64,000 bases of DNA from the IMG/VR virus record IMGVR_UViG_3300047564_001818, one strand, 5' to 3'. Position 1 is the first letter of the stretch, and every line of letters starts with the position of its first letter. Shown piece by piece: positions 27,401 through 38,400 of this stretch. The notes under the pieces are model-generated. The model saw only the letters and a program-made list of their open reading frames with translations. It did no database searches and was not told where the DNA came from. Position numbers and translations under genes: made by a program. Origin of the DNA: a virus (Duplodnaviria > Caudoviricetes).

Positions 27401-27515
27401 ATATGACGATGCTATTTTCCGTGCAAGCAGAACTCAGCTTCCGTCATCGCTAACTAGACCACCCGTAAATAGTGCTAATAGATCAAATGATCCTGGCAGA
27501 GTAGGACCTCAATAA
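24498..27515 (+). CDS. Baseplate hub protein, gp27/gpD-like (1005 aa)
   Basis: FTVVEPYSMG, MKIFGDPFFL, FSGLF...VTNNFSKGRFEQTLKL hub-type motifs; position before the spike. Confidence 0.6.
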   Translation: MALNFGSLAKSFTQVTTQLNSVATRIQPITAAATQSLAARGLPSQAGTVNTTASQLTNGFSSLAQSNVANVSGQISNLSGAGRVNVNQLLGTAATGFAGSLGQLGAIGNVVSNFTNTVSGIAGAVRGLTSGNSLQGLGSLLGNFDFEQFAKNIINVVPRDFAQLAFAVGGEFDTLRQRIEAIGDVSNLGDFIDLVFNSGSLIGGSGVATNNGASKSKIPNPLRDHNGFNYVISLGLLGAPEYNIPESYRSKGGLSQYIIRSGGGFYNNRYQVLDELGDTSGNGAGHAEYYIEDLEIDAVIAPNPNTSVAMGTTIRFTVVEPYSMGNFIQAIVGSVKEKGFEQSVNGAPFCLQIDFVGWNEDGQTDANFVTAPIFIPINIINMEFNVTGQGSTYQVQAVAYPDIALSDSVNQIFTDVESSGAVIYQVLNGETNSVTSAINERIDNLEQNDVIAAGDRYIIAFPKDLNAIKNALQQMAPVADTIFTTIDTPAGPQTVEVANPSSQMFEALSAYARNEDNMNEIGLSVIIEDTAEGGNQSFIPPDVYYDPIIDIGVRSQNPVLEKSRTYSFSQGDSITNIIEDIILKSRYAAEKATEESAANGTRQWFKIDTQVYIDNTAQAIADRGRAAKIYVYNVIPYFADEAKFLATNQKPKNTEGLKKAAVKEYNYIYTGLNEDVMEFDLTFNNAFLQTALANFGLNPGPEGHFGTQKIGDSGTNVSTGAGTNRDRQDSQNSEPAIATEETIGYRRNTGSYSRDVKLQVAEMFHDRLINQPTDLITAEMKIFGDPFFLPQQTGNYVGQRASGSPNLTTDGTMAYLENELLVVVNFKTPFDYQIEGATMEFPQVVPQFSGLFTCWAVTNNFSKGRFEQTLKLIRRIGQNDQPTTGNTGAVAIDESRSIVTTPRRADRDQQGSAASSGQDRDRQGSGPPPVARVNGVTFDPRTDLFQPPSRTIDTPAGSRTIQPPPIRIYDDAIFRASRTQLPSSLTRPPVNSANRSNDPGRVGPQ

Positions 27516-27518
27516 CAT

Positions 27519-28766
27519 ATGACTGAAATTGTAATAACAGATAGAGAACGTCAACTATTGAATTTTCTAGCCAAAGGTGAATCCTTCGGGTCAGATCCTT
27601 ATATCAGCTTGTACCCTTCTACAACTGAACCTGCACTTACACAAATGACACTAGCAGAAGTTGACAGATTTCAAACACAACGAATTAATGCAGGAATTGG
27701 TTCTAGTGCGTGCGGAAGATATCAATTTATAAGAAAAACTTTAAGAACCTGTGTAGGATTTTTAGGAGTTGACCCTGCAAGAACAAGATTTACTCCTGGT
27801 GTACAGGATGCTCTAGTATTGAAATTATTAAAAGAAGCTAGACAATTAGATGAATGGTTAGCTGGAACATTACCTACTGATAGATTTATGATTAAAATGG
27901 CACAAGAATTTGCAAGTATGCCAGTACCATATGCTATGAACGGAAGACATCGACCTGTGCAAAAGGGAGAAAGTTATTATTCAGGAGACAATTTAAATAG
28001 ATCAAAAGTTGATCCTGGCCCTAACGATCCTAATAGAATACAAAAAAGAGAAGCAGGCACTGATACCATATATCAAGAACTGGAAGACATAAGAACTGGA
28101 GGTGTAGGAGGTTCGACAACTATACCGGTTAACGCTGATGGCCCGAGTGGAGTTGTTCCATCAACTGGAACAACTCCTAGATCACAAGCAGCCGCGCAAG
28201 CCGCAGGTGTAGGTGTAGGTGCATATGTAGGTGGAAACGCAGGTGCAAGACCACTAACGTCTACAATACTACCACCTGCTACAGGTGCTGTCTATCAGTA
28301 CAGAAACACAGATCCTTTAGATGACAGATATGATTTTAGAACAGGCGAAAAAATCAAAGACCTATCAATACACGGCACTGGACCGGCATCTGCAACTCCT
28401 GTAATTAATGGTAATATAGGTCCTGCTAATGTGGCAATAACTAATAGCGGTTCAGAAACTCCAGTGCCTGCACCAGAATTAGATAGTGGAGTTTTAAACC
28501 AAGTAGCTGAACTACAGTCAAGTGTTACTAGTGCTGTAGGAAATCTTCTAACAGATCCAACCGGCGCAATTGCAGGTATAGCAGATCGTGCAGCATCACT
28601 GTTTAATGCTGATGCATTAAATTCTGCACTTACAGGCGGCCGGACCACAGACGCAACTTCTTTTGATAGTGCAGTAATTACAGGATCGCCTCCGCCGGGC
28701 ACTAGTACAGCAGCTACGCCCACTAGATCAACACCACCTAGCCCAGTAAGTTCAGGACGAAGATAA
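27519..28766 (+). CDS. Baseplate-associated lysozyme, lambda-R-like muramidase N-domain (415 aa)
   Basis: LAKGES, SSACGRYQF, FTPGVQD, AQEFASMP. Confidence 0.75.
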   Translation: MTEIVITDRERQLLNFLAKGESFGSDPYISLYPSTTEPALTQMTLAEVDRFQTQRINAGIGSSACGRYQFIRKTLRTCVGFLGVDPARTRFTPGVQDALVLKLLKEARQLDEWLAGTLPTDRFMIKMAQEFASMPVPYAMNGRHRPVQKGESYYSGDNLNRSKVDPGPNDPNRIQKREAGTDTIYQELEDIRTGGVGGSTTIPVNADGPSGVVPSTGTTPRSQAAAQAAGVGVGAYVGGNAGARPLTSTILPPATGAVYQYRNTDPLDDRYDFRTGEKIKDLSIHGTGPASATPVINGNIGPANVAITNSGSETPVPAPELDSGVLNQVAELQSSVTSAVGNLLTDPTGAIAGIADRAASLFNADALNSALTGGRTTDATSFDSAVITGSPPPGTSTAATPTRSTPPSPVSSGRR

Positions 28767-31465
28767 TGACTACAGGAAACTATACAAGAACCGCATCTAG
28801 AGATACAATAGTAAAAGACTCAGGACCTTATGAAGCACTGGTAGTAAACAATCTTGATCCTAAATACATGGGCAATCTAGAAGTAGAATTACTCAAATAC
28901 ACAGGTGCAGGCAACAGTCCAGAACGCAGCGGGGAACTAGTAACAGTTAGATATCTGTCTCCGTTTTATGGAATTACATCAAGCCGCGGTGTTGGTATAG
29001 AAGATGGTTATGCTAATACTCAAAAAAGTTACGGATTTTGGGCAGTGCCGCCGGACATTGGCACAAGAGTATTAGTTATATTTGCTGAAGGAAATCCTAA
29101 CTTTGGATTTTGGATTGGTTGTATACAAGACGATTATATGAACTTTATGGTTCCTGACGGTCGTGCATCAACAGAACGCACTACTGATGCTACACCACAA
29201 AATCTAGTTGGTGCAAAATTACCTGTTGGGGAATACAACAAGTTAATAGAAACCGGCGAACTAATAGATCCAACACTGTTTGAAAAACCTTACAATAAAG
29301 ATTTTACTAATGTACTGGAAGTACAAGGTTTAATATTTGACGAAACTAGAGGTACAACCACTAGTAGTGCTAGACGCGATTCGCCCAGTATGGTTTTTGG
29401 TATAAGCACACCTGGACCAGCAGACAAAAGAGCAGGTAACCCTAGAGTAGAACTAGGACCAGAAGGACGCCGTGCTAACGTACCCTTCAACAGACTAGGC
29501 GGTTCAAGCTTTGTTATGGATGATGGCGACGACAAGTTTGTTCGTGCTACACATGCTGAAGAAGGTCCGCCATTCTATATAAACAAAGAAGCAGGTGAAA
29601 CCGGCGGCGACGAAACAATTCCTCAAAACGAGTTAGTTAGAATTCGAACAAGAACCGGTCATCAAATACTGTTACACAATTCAGAAGATCTAATCTACAT
29701 AGGCAACAGTCGTGGTACAGCTTGGATAGAAATCACATCAGATGGCAAAATAGACATTCATGCACAAGACAGTGTTAGTGTCATGTCGAACAATGACATT
29801 AATTTCACTGCTGAAAGAGATTTTAATGTAGAAGCAGGCCGTAACATCAATATGAAAGCTACTGCTCGTTATAGCGATGGTGCACATTATCTAGACAACA
29901 AGGAAAGCGGCCGTGTACAAATAGAAAGTGTATGGGATACAAACTTTTTTGTAGGACATGATTATAAACTCACAGTAAAAGGCAACAGTGATATTGCTGT
30001 AGATCTAGAATCAAACACAACCGTTAAGTTAAACTATCAACTACACGCTAATCAAAACATTAACATATTGTCTGATAAAAATACACATATGAAAACTGGT
30101 CACAGTTTTTACAGAACATCCAGTCGTGCTATACACGATAATGCTGGACAAAACTATATGTTAAAAGCAGCCAACGTTGATGTAAGTGTTGGACAAAGCT
30201 ATAAAACATCAGCAGGGTTAATAAGTCAACAAGCATCCGGTGAAATCATATCAAATGCTTCAAGTATATCTAGAACTTCTAGCGGATCAATCTATGACAG
30301 TGCATCTAGCGGTATTAGCTTGTCGGGCGGAACTGTTATAGCAGGCGATGCTGCTGAAATACATTGGAACAGCGGATTAGCAACCTCTGGTTCACAAGCA
30401 CAAACTGCACAAAATGCTCTGCAAGCAATAGATGCAATTGATGCAGACAGAGCTAGTCCGCTACCTACAATTGTTCTACCATTTGTATTTCCAGGAGCAA
30501 TACAACCTGTTCCTTATGAAAGTATTCTTACAAGAGCTCCACAGCATGAACCTTGGACACATCATGAAAATATGAATCCGAAAGCATTTAAAAAGGAAAA
30601 AACTGACAGAGAAGCTCCAGGTACATTATCTAGCAATGATAGAGTAATTACTCCTGACACATTTGCAAAAAATCTTGGATCTATTACTACAAGTCAAACT
30701 GTTCTAGGATCAGGAAACATTCCAGGATTCGATGGCGGAACAGGAGACTCGGGTTTAGTAAATGGCACTGTACCACAAGGAACTGCAAGAACCTATGGCG
30801 GCGACATACAAGTTGATACAACTAGAGGTGATCCTTCAGGCAATGATATTACTAACTACTTTTTTGTTGGTGACGGCCCGTTGGCTACTATTAGAACTAG
30901 AAAACGAGGACTTACTACACAAGTTGCAGAACTATTTGCTCCAAACTTCCAAGCCTTTATAGACGATCTCGAAGCCACCGGTTATGAAATCAAAACACTA
31001 ATAGGATATGCTAAACGAGAAATAACCAGCGGCGGCGCCTGGTCAATTCATGCCAGTGGTGCTGCGATTGATATTAATCCACCTGCTGTAGTTACGAACG
31101 GATTTCCAAATGGATATTTTAGTCCACGACCTGCAAATGCTCCTATGACGGATATGCCTCCTAATACACTCCAGCTAGCTAACAAGCATGGGCTAGGATG
31201 GGGAGGAGCATGGGATGATATCGACGATGCTATGCATTTTAGTGCAGCTAAAAACGAAGGCGGCGCATTTCAGATTCGTAGAGGATTTATTCCTCTAGGA
31301 CCTAGCAGCACAAGAACAGACGGCGTCCCGTCAATTGAAGCCGACGCCGCCGGACAAGTTACAAATCGAGATCGTCAAGGTGCAGATTATGTAACGCCAA
31401 GCAACATTGACGACGCAAGATTACCAGGTGCACAAAACGCTGACGGATCTGCCAGAGGTCGATAA
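28766..31465 (+). CDS. gp5: Baseplate spike, gp5-like, with C-terminal M15-type peptidase (899 aa)
   Basis: FWAVPPDIGTRVLVIFAEG OB-fold, RTRTGHQILL, beta-helix repeats; SIHASGAAIDIN...WGGAW..DAMHF. Confidence 0.8.
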   Translation: MTTGNYTRTASRDTIVKDSGPYEALVVNNLDPKYMGNLEVELLKYTGAGNSPERSGELVTVRYLSPFYGITSSRGVGIEDGYANTQKSYGFWAVPPDIGTRVLVIFAEGNPNFGFWIGCIQDDYMNFMVPDGRASTERTTDATPQNLVGAKLPVGEYNKLIETGELIDPTLFEKPYNKDFTNVLEVQGLIFDETRGTTTSSARRDSPSMVFGISTPGPADKRAGNPRVELGPEGRRANVPFNRLGGSSFVMDDGDDKFVRATHAEEGPPFYINKEAGETGGDETIPQNELVRIRTRTGHQILLHNSEDLIYIGNSRGTAWIEITSDGKIDIHAQDSVSVMSNNDINFTAERDFNVEAGRNINMKATARYSDGAHYLDNKESGRVQIESVWDTNFFVGHDYKLTVKGNSDIAVDLESNTTVKLNYQLHANQNINILSDKNTHMKTGHSFYRTSSRAIHDNAGQNYMLKAANVDVSVGQSYKTSAGLISQQASGEIISNASSISRTSSGSIYDSASSGISLSGGTVIAGDAAEIHWNSGLATSGSQAQTAQNALQAIDAIDADRASPLPTIVLPFVFPGAIQPVPYESILTRAPQHEPWTHHENMNPKAFKKEKTDREAPGTLSSNDRVITPDTFAKNLGSITTSQTVLGSGNIPGFDGGTGDSGLVNGTVPQGTARTYGGDIQVDTTRGDPSGNDITNYFFVGDGPLATIRTRKRGLTTQVAELFAPNFQAFIDDLEATGYEIKTLIGYAKREITSGGAWSIHASGAAIDINPPAVVTNGFPNGYFSPRPANAPMTDMPPNTLQLANKHGLGWGGAWDDIDDAMHFSAAKNEGGAFQIRRGFIPLGPSSTRTDGVPSIEADAAGQVTNRDRQGADYVTPSNIDDARLPGAQNADGSARGR

Positions 31466-31468
31466 CAA

Positions 31469-31476
31469 GATAAATA
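31469..31476 (+). promoter_or_regulatory. Late promoter (GATAAATA)
   Basis: 4 nt before the gp25 ATG; no SD. Confidence 0.65.
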
Positions 31477-31480
31477 CTGT

Positions 31481-31918
31481 ATGAGTCAACTAGAGAAAAA
31501 TCTTTATAAACGTGTAACAGTTAAGCCTAACGGTTCTACAGCCAGCACAGGCAGAGCCTATAGAGGATTTAGCACTGTGAGCACTAAAAACAAAGGATAC
31601 AGTCTTTACGATTTTGAATTAATCAAACAGGATATCATCAATCATTTTCATATACGCCAGGGCGAAAAATTAAGTGATCCTACATTTGGATGTATTATTT
31701 GGGACCTACTTTTTGAACCTTTTACTGCTTCAGTTCAAACCGCTATTGTAGAAAATGTTACAACTATTGTTAATTATGATCCTAGAGTAAATGTAGACAG
31801 CATTATAGTTGATACATACGAGCAAGGCATTAGCGTAGAGTGCCAAATCACTTACCTTCCCTACAGTATTTCAGAGCAGTTAAGATTCCGATTTGACCAA
31901 CAAAATGGTCTGTTATAA
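31481..31918 (+). CDS. gp25: Baseplate wedge, gp25-like (145 aa)
   Basis: IKQDIINHFHIRQGEK..PTFGC.IWDLLFEP, VNYDPRV. Confidence 0.9.
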   Translation: MSQLEKNLYKRVTVKPNGSTASTGRAYRGFSTVSTKNKGYSLYDFELIKQDIINHFHIRQGEKLSDPTFGCIIWDLLFEPFTASVQTAIVENVTTIVNYDPRVNVDSIIVDTYEQGISVECQITYLPYSISEQLRFRFDQQNGLL

Positions 31919-31942
31919 TTAACTACGCAGTTTTCTAAACTA

Positions 31943-31950
31943 GATAAATA
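31943..31950 (+). promoter_or_regulatory. Late promoter (GATAAATA)
   Basis: Followed by AAGGA SD and the 31974 start. Confidence 0.7.
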
Positions 31951-31973
31951 TCATAGTAAACAAGGAATCTCAC

Positions 31974-34900
31974 ATGTCTGCAAGCGATAGACAAAATAGA
32001 CTATTAGTGGCTGAAGATTGGAAAAGAATCTATCAGAGTTTTAGAAATGCAGATTTTCAAAGTTATGACTTTGATAATCTCCGTCGCACAATGATCAACT
32101 ATCTGCGTCAAAACTATCCTGAAGATTTTAATGATTATATTGAAAGCTCAGAATATCTTGCGCTGATTGACATGATTGCGTTTCTTGGACAAAATCTAAG
32201 TTTCCGTATTGATCTAAACGCTAGAGAAAACTTTTTAGAAACAGCAGAACGTAGAGAATCAATACTGCGTCTTGCTAGAATGTTGGCCTATAATCCAAGA
32301 CGAAATCAAGCAGCTAACGGTCTACTAAAAATAACCACAGTTAAAACCACTGAAACAGTGAGAGACAGCTCGGGTGTAAATCTTAGTGGCGTTGTAGTAC
32401 GCTGGAATGATCAGTCAAACAGCAACTACTTTGAACAGTTTATTAAAATACTCAATGCTGCACTTCCTGTTACTAACAGTGTAGGAAATCCTTTAAAGAG
32501 CGAAAACATTGAAGGTGTGCAAACACAAAAATATCGTATTAATGCTACAAACACAACTGTTCCAGTTTTTCCGTTTTCTAAAAATGTCGAAGGTGTGAGC
32601 ACTCGTTTTGAAGTTGTAAGCACAGACTTTGATCGTGGAGTTATAAGAGAAGAGCCACCTCTGCCAGGAACAAGTCCTGCATTTTTATTCCGTGATGACG
32701 GTCAGGGTGCAGGCAGCACTAATACTGGTTTCTTTATGCATTTCCGTCAAGGCAAACTAGACAACGGAACTTTTAATGTATCTAATCCTACACCAAACCA
32801 AGTAGTTTCTATTGATGCTGAAAACATTAATAACTCAGATGTATGGCTATATGCCGTAGACACTAACGGATTTGAAACTATACAATGGAGCAAGCTTGAC
32901 AGTGTAGAAGGCAACAATATTATCTATAACAGTTTGTTCCAAGGTATACGCAACGTATATGCTGTTACTACAAGAATAGGTGATAGAATAAATCTAGTGT
33001 TTAGTGACGGTGTGTTTGGAAATCTTCCCAGTGGAAACTTTAAAATCTATTACAGAACCAGTGCTAACAGACCTAGTGTTATTGCACCCGGCGCCATTGG
33101 AAATGTAAACATAGAAATACCATATCAAGGCCGCAGCGGATCACTAGAAACACTAACATTAGGCCTAAGGTTACAAACCACAGTTGCTAATGGTACTGCT
33201 ACAGAATCCAATGACAGCATTAAACAAAATGCTCCTGCAACTTATTACACACAAAATAGATTAATTACAGGAGAAGATTATAATATTGGTCCGCTTGCTG
33301 TTAGTCAAGATATTATCAAGACCAAAGCTGTAAACAGAATATCAAGTGGAATCAGTAGATATTTTGATCTCAAAGATGTAAGTGGCAAGTATTCAAGCAC
33401 TAGCTTGTTTGCAGACGACGGCGTAGTTTATAAAGAAACATTTGACACAAAAACACAGTTTACTTTTAGTACACAAAGTGATGTTGAAGGCATTATTGTT
33501 AATGTAGTTGAAGGCATTATTTCTAGTACTAACTTAAAAAACTTTTATTACAGCGAGTTTCCACAAATTATTGTAACAGATCTCAATGCTGCATGGGAAA
33601 ATACAACAGAGTTTACGAATCAATATACAGGTTTTATTAAAGACATAGATGGCACTGCTTATACACTGGGATCATTTACTGCTAATAATCTAAGACTTGT
33701 AGAAGCAGGTACACTGATGAGATTTGTACCTCCTCTGTCACAGTCAGGCGCAACACAATATTTTCTACCTAACGGAACCTACACAACCAACAGTGAAGCA
33801 GTAGGAGCAACTTCTTACAAATGGACAAAGGTTGCAGGTGTTACAGGCAACGGAGCACAGACTACAGAAACTGGAGCCGGCGCTGTAACACTGGTTGATC
33901 TAATACCCGATGGTGCCATACTAGAACAGATCATACCAAAGTTTTCTAGATCACTTAGCGATGATTTAAAAACACAAATCATTGATCAAACATTTGCTTA
34001 TAGAGATTACGCACTAAGATATAATGTAAACACTAGATCGTGGACATTAGTTCTAGCAGCTGACATTAACACAGTTGACGATTTTGCTACAGGTAAAACA
34101 GGTGATGCTAGCGGACAAAACCTAGATTCAAGCTGGTTACTGTATTTTAAAACTGATGGCGAAACCTATACTATTACCTATAGAAACCTCAGATATGTAT
34201 TCGAAAGCGCAGAAGAGATACGATTCTTCTTTGACAGTGCTGACAAAGTCTATGATCCAAAAACCAGTAAAATACTGAGAGATAAAATCACAGTACTCAA
34301 CATCAATAAACAACCTGACGCTAATAGTAGCTTTACTAGAGATTTTGTATGGAATATTAGCGACGCCTACAGAGACAAAGAAGGTTATGTTGATACTAGA
34401 AAAATACAGGTACAATTTTTTGACCTAGACGACGATGGTGTAATTGACGATCCTGATCTATTTGAAAAACTAGTCGAACCTAATGTTAACTCACAGCAAA
34501 AGATTGTATTCCAGCAGCGTTATACTACTAGTGACGGAGTAGAAGATTTTAGATATTTTGACAACATCAACAGTACAGTTAAAATTGTAACCAACGAATC
34601 TGCTATTGTTTACAGCAGAGAAGTTGATGGACAGGTTTTCTATCTGTTCGAAGAAGGCGTATTTAAAACACTAAACAAAAGCCGCAACAATACTACTATT
34701 AATACCAATTACAAAGCATTTGTAGGACGCAGCGGTTTAAAGTTCCATTATGTTCATGTAGCAGATTCAAACTATAGAATTGATCCAAGTGCTAGCAATA
34801 TCATTGATACTTATCTGCTTACTAGAAACTACGATACAGAAGTTAGAAAATATCTTGCAGGCGGTAGAGCCACTGAGCCTAAGCCAGAAAGCAATGATCA

Positions 34901-35444
34901 GCTGTTTAGAAATTATGGCAGCGCAATAAATGCAATAAAATCAATAAGCGACGAAATAGTATATCATCCAGTTAAGTACAAGATACTGTTCGGTAATAAA
35001 GCAAAAGAAGATCTACAAGTGAAGTTTAAGATAGTAAGAAACAGAGACCTAGTGGTTAATGAAAATGAACTTAAAGCTGATATTATACAAGCTGTTGACA
35101 GATTTTTTGCTATTGAAAACTGGGACTTTGGAGAAACTTTCTACTTCCAAGAACTTAGCGCATACATTATGAATCAACTTAGCCCAAAATTGTTAAGTGT
35201 TATTATTGTGCCTAGACAAGGATCACAGAGTTTTGGTAGCTTGTTTGAAATAAAATCAGAACCAGATGAAATCTTTATTAGTGCAGCAACAGTATTTGAC
35301 GTAGAAATAATAGACGAACTAACAGCTACTGAGTTACAGTCTTCAGGCACAGTAATAACCAGCGTTACTACAACTACAACCGCAGGCATAGTCAGTTCCG
35401 CAACAGCAACATCAAGCAATACTAGTGGAGGTTACAGCTTCTAA
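31974..35444 (+). CDS. gp6: Baseplate wedge, gp6-like (1156 aa)
   Basis: DFDNLRRTMINYL..YPEDFNDY, NARENFLETAERRESILRLARMLAYNP, FSDGVFG, QNRLITGEDY. Confidence 0.85.
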   Translation: MSASDRQNRLLVAEDWKRIYQSFRNADFQSYDFDNLRRTMINYLRQNYPEDFNDYIESSEYLALIDMIAFLGQNLSFRIDLNARENFLETAERRESILRLARMLAYNPRRNQAANGLLKITTVKTTETVRDSSGVNLSGVVVRWNDQSNSNYFEQFIKILNAALPVTNSVGNPLKSENIEGVQTQKYRINATNTTVPVFPFSKNVEGVSTRFEVVSTDFDRGVIREEPPLPGTSPAFLFRDDGQGAGSTNTGFFMHFRQGKLDNGTFNVSNPTPNQVVSIDAENINNSDVWLYAVDTNGFETIQWSKLDSVEGNNIIYNSLFQGIRNVYAVTTRIGDRINLVFSDGVFGNLPSGNFKIYYRTSANRPSVIAPGAIGNVNIEIPYQGRSGSLETLTLGLRLQTTVANGTATESNDSIKQNAPATYYTQNRLITGEDYNIGPLAVSQDIIKTKAVNRISSGISRYFDLKDVSGKYSSTSLFADDGVVYKETFDTKTQFTFSTQSDVEGIIVNVVEGIISSTNLKNFYYSEFPQIIVTDLNAAWENTTEFTNQYTGFIKDIDGTAYTLGSFTANNLRLVEAGTLMRFVPPLSQSGATQYFLPNGTYTTNSEAVGATSYKWTKVAGVTGNGAQTTETGAGAVTLVDLIPDGAILEQIIPKFSRSLSDDLKTQIIDQTFAYRDYALRYNVNTRSWTLVLAADINTVDDFATGKTGDASGQNLDSSWLLYFKTDGETYTITYRNLRYVFESAEEIRFFFDSADKVYDPKTSKILRDKITVLNINKQPDANSSFTRDFVWNISDAYRDKEGYVDTRKIQVQFFDLDDDGVIDDPDLFEKLVEPNVNSQQKIVFQQRYTTSDGVEDFRYFDNINSTVKIVTNESAIVYSREVDGQVFYLFEEGVFKTLNKSRNNTTINTNYKAFVGRSGLKFHYVHVADSNYRIDPSASNIIDTYLLTRNYDTEVRKYLAGGRATEPKPESNDQLFRNYGSAINAIKSISDEIVYHPVKYKILFGNKAKEDLQVKFKIVRNRDLVVNENELKADIIQAVDRFFAIENWDFGETFYFQELSAYIMNQLSPKLLSVIIVPRQGSQSFGSLFEIKSEPDEIFISAATVFDVEIIDELTATELQSSGTVITSVTTTTTAGIVSSATATSSNTSGGYSF

Positions 35445-38400
35445 TGGCTTACAACGACAATCAAAACGAAAATCCGTTACCAGTTCCAGGCAACGAAAAA
35501 CGTTCAGCATCTGATCTAATTCCAAAGTTTTTTAGAACAGAAGCTAACAGAAAGTTTTTACAAGGAACTATTGATCAATTAATACAGCCCGGAGTTGCAG
35601 AAAAACTAAGCGGATTTGTGGGTCGTAAAACTGCCAAAGCTTTTCGTAGTACAGACAACTATGTGGGTGATGTAAGCAGTAACAGAGAAAATTATCAATT
35701 TGAGCCTGCGGCTGTTATTAAAGACAGTCTAGACAATGTTACTTTTTATAAAGACTACAACGATTATTTAGGAGCTTTAAACTTTTTTGGAGCCAACACC
35801 AGTAATCATGATCGTCTTAACAGCCAAGAATACTATGCTTGGGACCCGCACGTTGACTGGGACAAGTTTGTAAACTTTCGTGAATATTACTGGTTACCTA
35901 ATGGACCATTATCTGTACCAGTGCGCGGCCAACAAAGAACAATAGTTAGCACTTATACTGTTACAACTGTAGTAGAAGATGACAACACAGCATATATTTT
36001 TAACGACGGTTTTGTTAGAAATCCAACACTAAAACTCTACAGAGGTCAAACCTACAGATTTGAAATAGATACCCCTGGACATCCTATTGCTTTTGCTATT
36101 AGCAGAACATTCACGCCGGGTGCTGCTATACTAACTGCAGGTAGAGAAGGCTTGCGAGCAAGTGGATTGTTTGATGGCATACTCTACGGTAACGAATATG
36201 ACCAAGGCGACTTTATTATATTGCCTAGCAGCGGTAGTGTAACCTTTGAAGAAGATGAAAACGTTAGTACATTGTATCCTGATGGTATTCGCAAACTGGG
36301 CGAAGATGGAGAAGAAGTTGCTACTGTTTACATAGAAAAAGGCACAATAGAATTTACTATTCCTGCCAATGCTCCTGATAGACTGTACTATATTAGTAAA
36401 AACAATATTGACACTAGCGGATTGTTTAGAATTTATGATGTTGAAGAAAACACATTTCTTGATGTAGTTGCTGACATATTAGGCAAGAAAACATACCGTA
36501 CTGCTGATGGTATAGAACTGTCAAATGGTATGAAACTAGAGTTTACAGGAGACGTTGCACCTGCCGAATACAGCAACAACTCATGGTATGTAGAAGGTGT
36601 TGGAGACAAAATACGTCTAGTCAAAGACATTGATCTTACAATTCCAGCAGCCTATTCTCAAAATAAATTAGTACCATTTGATGCTGATGCATTTGACATA
36701 TTACCGTTTGCTAATGCTAGTTCATTTCCAGCTGAAAAAGATTATATTGTTATTAACAGAGCAGCACAAGATAAAAATGCTTGGAGTCGCTATAATCGTT
36801 GGTTCCACCGAACTGTAGTAGAAACTAGTTTCTTACGCAACAATCTACCTGTAAACATTGACGAAGAATCTAGAGCCAAACGTCCTATTATTGAGTTTGA
36901 GGCTGGCTTAAAACTTTACAACTTTGGTACAGAAGCCAAGCGCGATGTTGATCTAGTAGACGTTTTTACTAAAGATGTATTTTCTACAATAGAAGGGCAA
37001 ATAGGTTACAACGTAGACGGTATTGACTTTGCTGATGGAATGAGAATATTATTTACAGCAGATACTGACATACTAGTACGTGGTAAAATATATCAAGTTA
37101 ACTTTATACAAATAGGGAATCGTAGACAGATTAGTCTAGTAGAAACTGCTGACAGTGAACCGCTAGAAAACGAAACTGTGTTTATTACCCAAGGCAACAA
37201 ATATGCTGGCCAAACATTCTACTATAACGGCACAGATTGGCGTCTAGCACAAGAAAAAACACAGCGTAACCAACCTCCTATGTTTGACCTTTGCTGTCCG
37301 CAAGGAAACGAATTTGCTGACACTAATGTTTTTGACAGCGCAACATTCAGAGGAACAAAACTTTTTAGCTATAGACAAGGCACTGGCACTGTTGATCCTG
37401 AACTAGGATTTCCTTTAACCTATAGAAATATTGAAAACAGCGGCGATATACTGTTCGACTTCAATCTACTCACTGACAGTTTTACAGTTCAAACTGATAG
37501 CGGCATTGTGACTGTGACTACTGATACTGCTAATCTACGAAAATACAACAATAGAATTGACTTTGCTTGGGTTAATGGCTGGTCGAGTGTAGCATCAACT
37601 AGTAAACAATATGTAGTAAGACAGTATGTAGCAGACGAACTTGTTTTAAATAACTTTGAAATAGATGTCTATGATAAGGCAGGCAATCTTAACGACCTTA
37701 AAGTTATTGTACAAGTCAACAATAGTCTAAAAGTAAAACTACAAGATTATGAAGTTGACAGAACTGATGCCAGGGCATTTGTTCGTTTCTACAATAATCT
37801 AAACGAAGGCGATGTAGTAGTCATTAAAACTCGCAGCGCCACAGAAAAAAATGCCAACGGCTACTACGAGTTCCCGCATAACTTAGAACGCAACCCGCAA
37901 AATCAAGATGTAACAGAGTTTACGTTAGGTGAAGTTATTGATCATGTAGACAGTATGATTGAAGAAATTAACAGTTTCAGTGGTGTATTTCCGGGAACTA
38001 GCAATCTAAGAGACTTAGGCAACGTTGACGCTTACGGTAAGAAGTTTGTTAAGCACACCGGACCTATCAACTTACCTCTCTATCACTTAACTACTAAAGA
38101 TTACAATATTTTTAAAGCACTAAGATACAGCAGAGATGAATATGCCAAGTTTAAACGTGTGTTTTTAGAAACTGCTGAAACATTGGGATTTGATGGCGAA
38201 ACAAGAATACATGTTGACAAAATACTAGCGGATATTAACAAGGACAAAATTAAAAGTCAGCCTTTCTATTTCTCAGACATGATAGGTTATGGACCTCTCA
38301 ACAGAATAGAATATGAAGTTTTAGATTCTAGGTCAATTTTTTATGCTCTTAGTAGAACATTCTCACTGTCAACAGTTAGTTCAGCTAGTGTATTAATATA

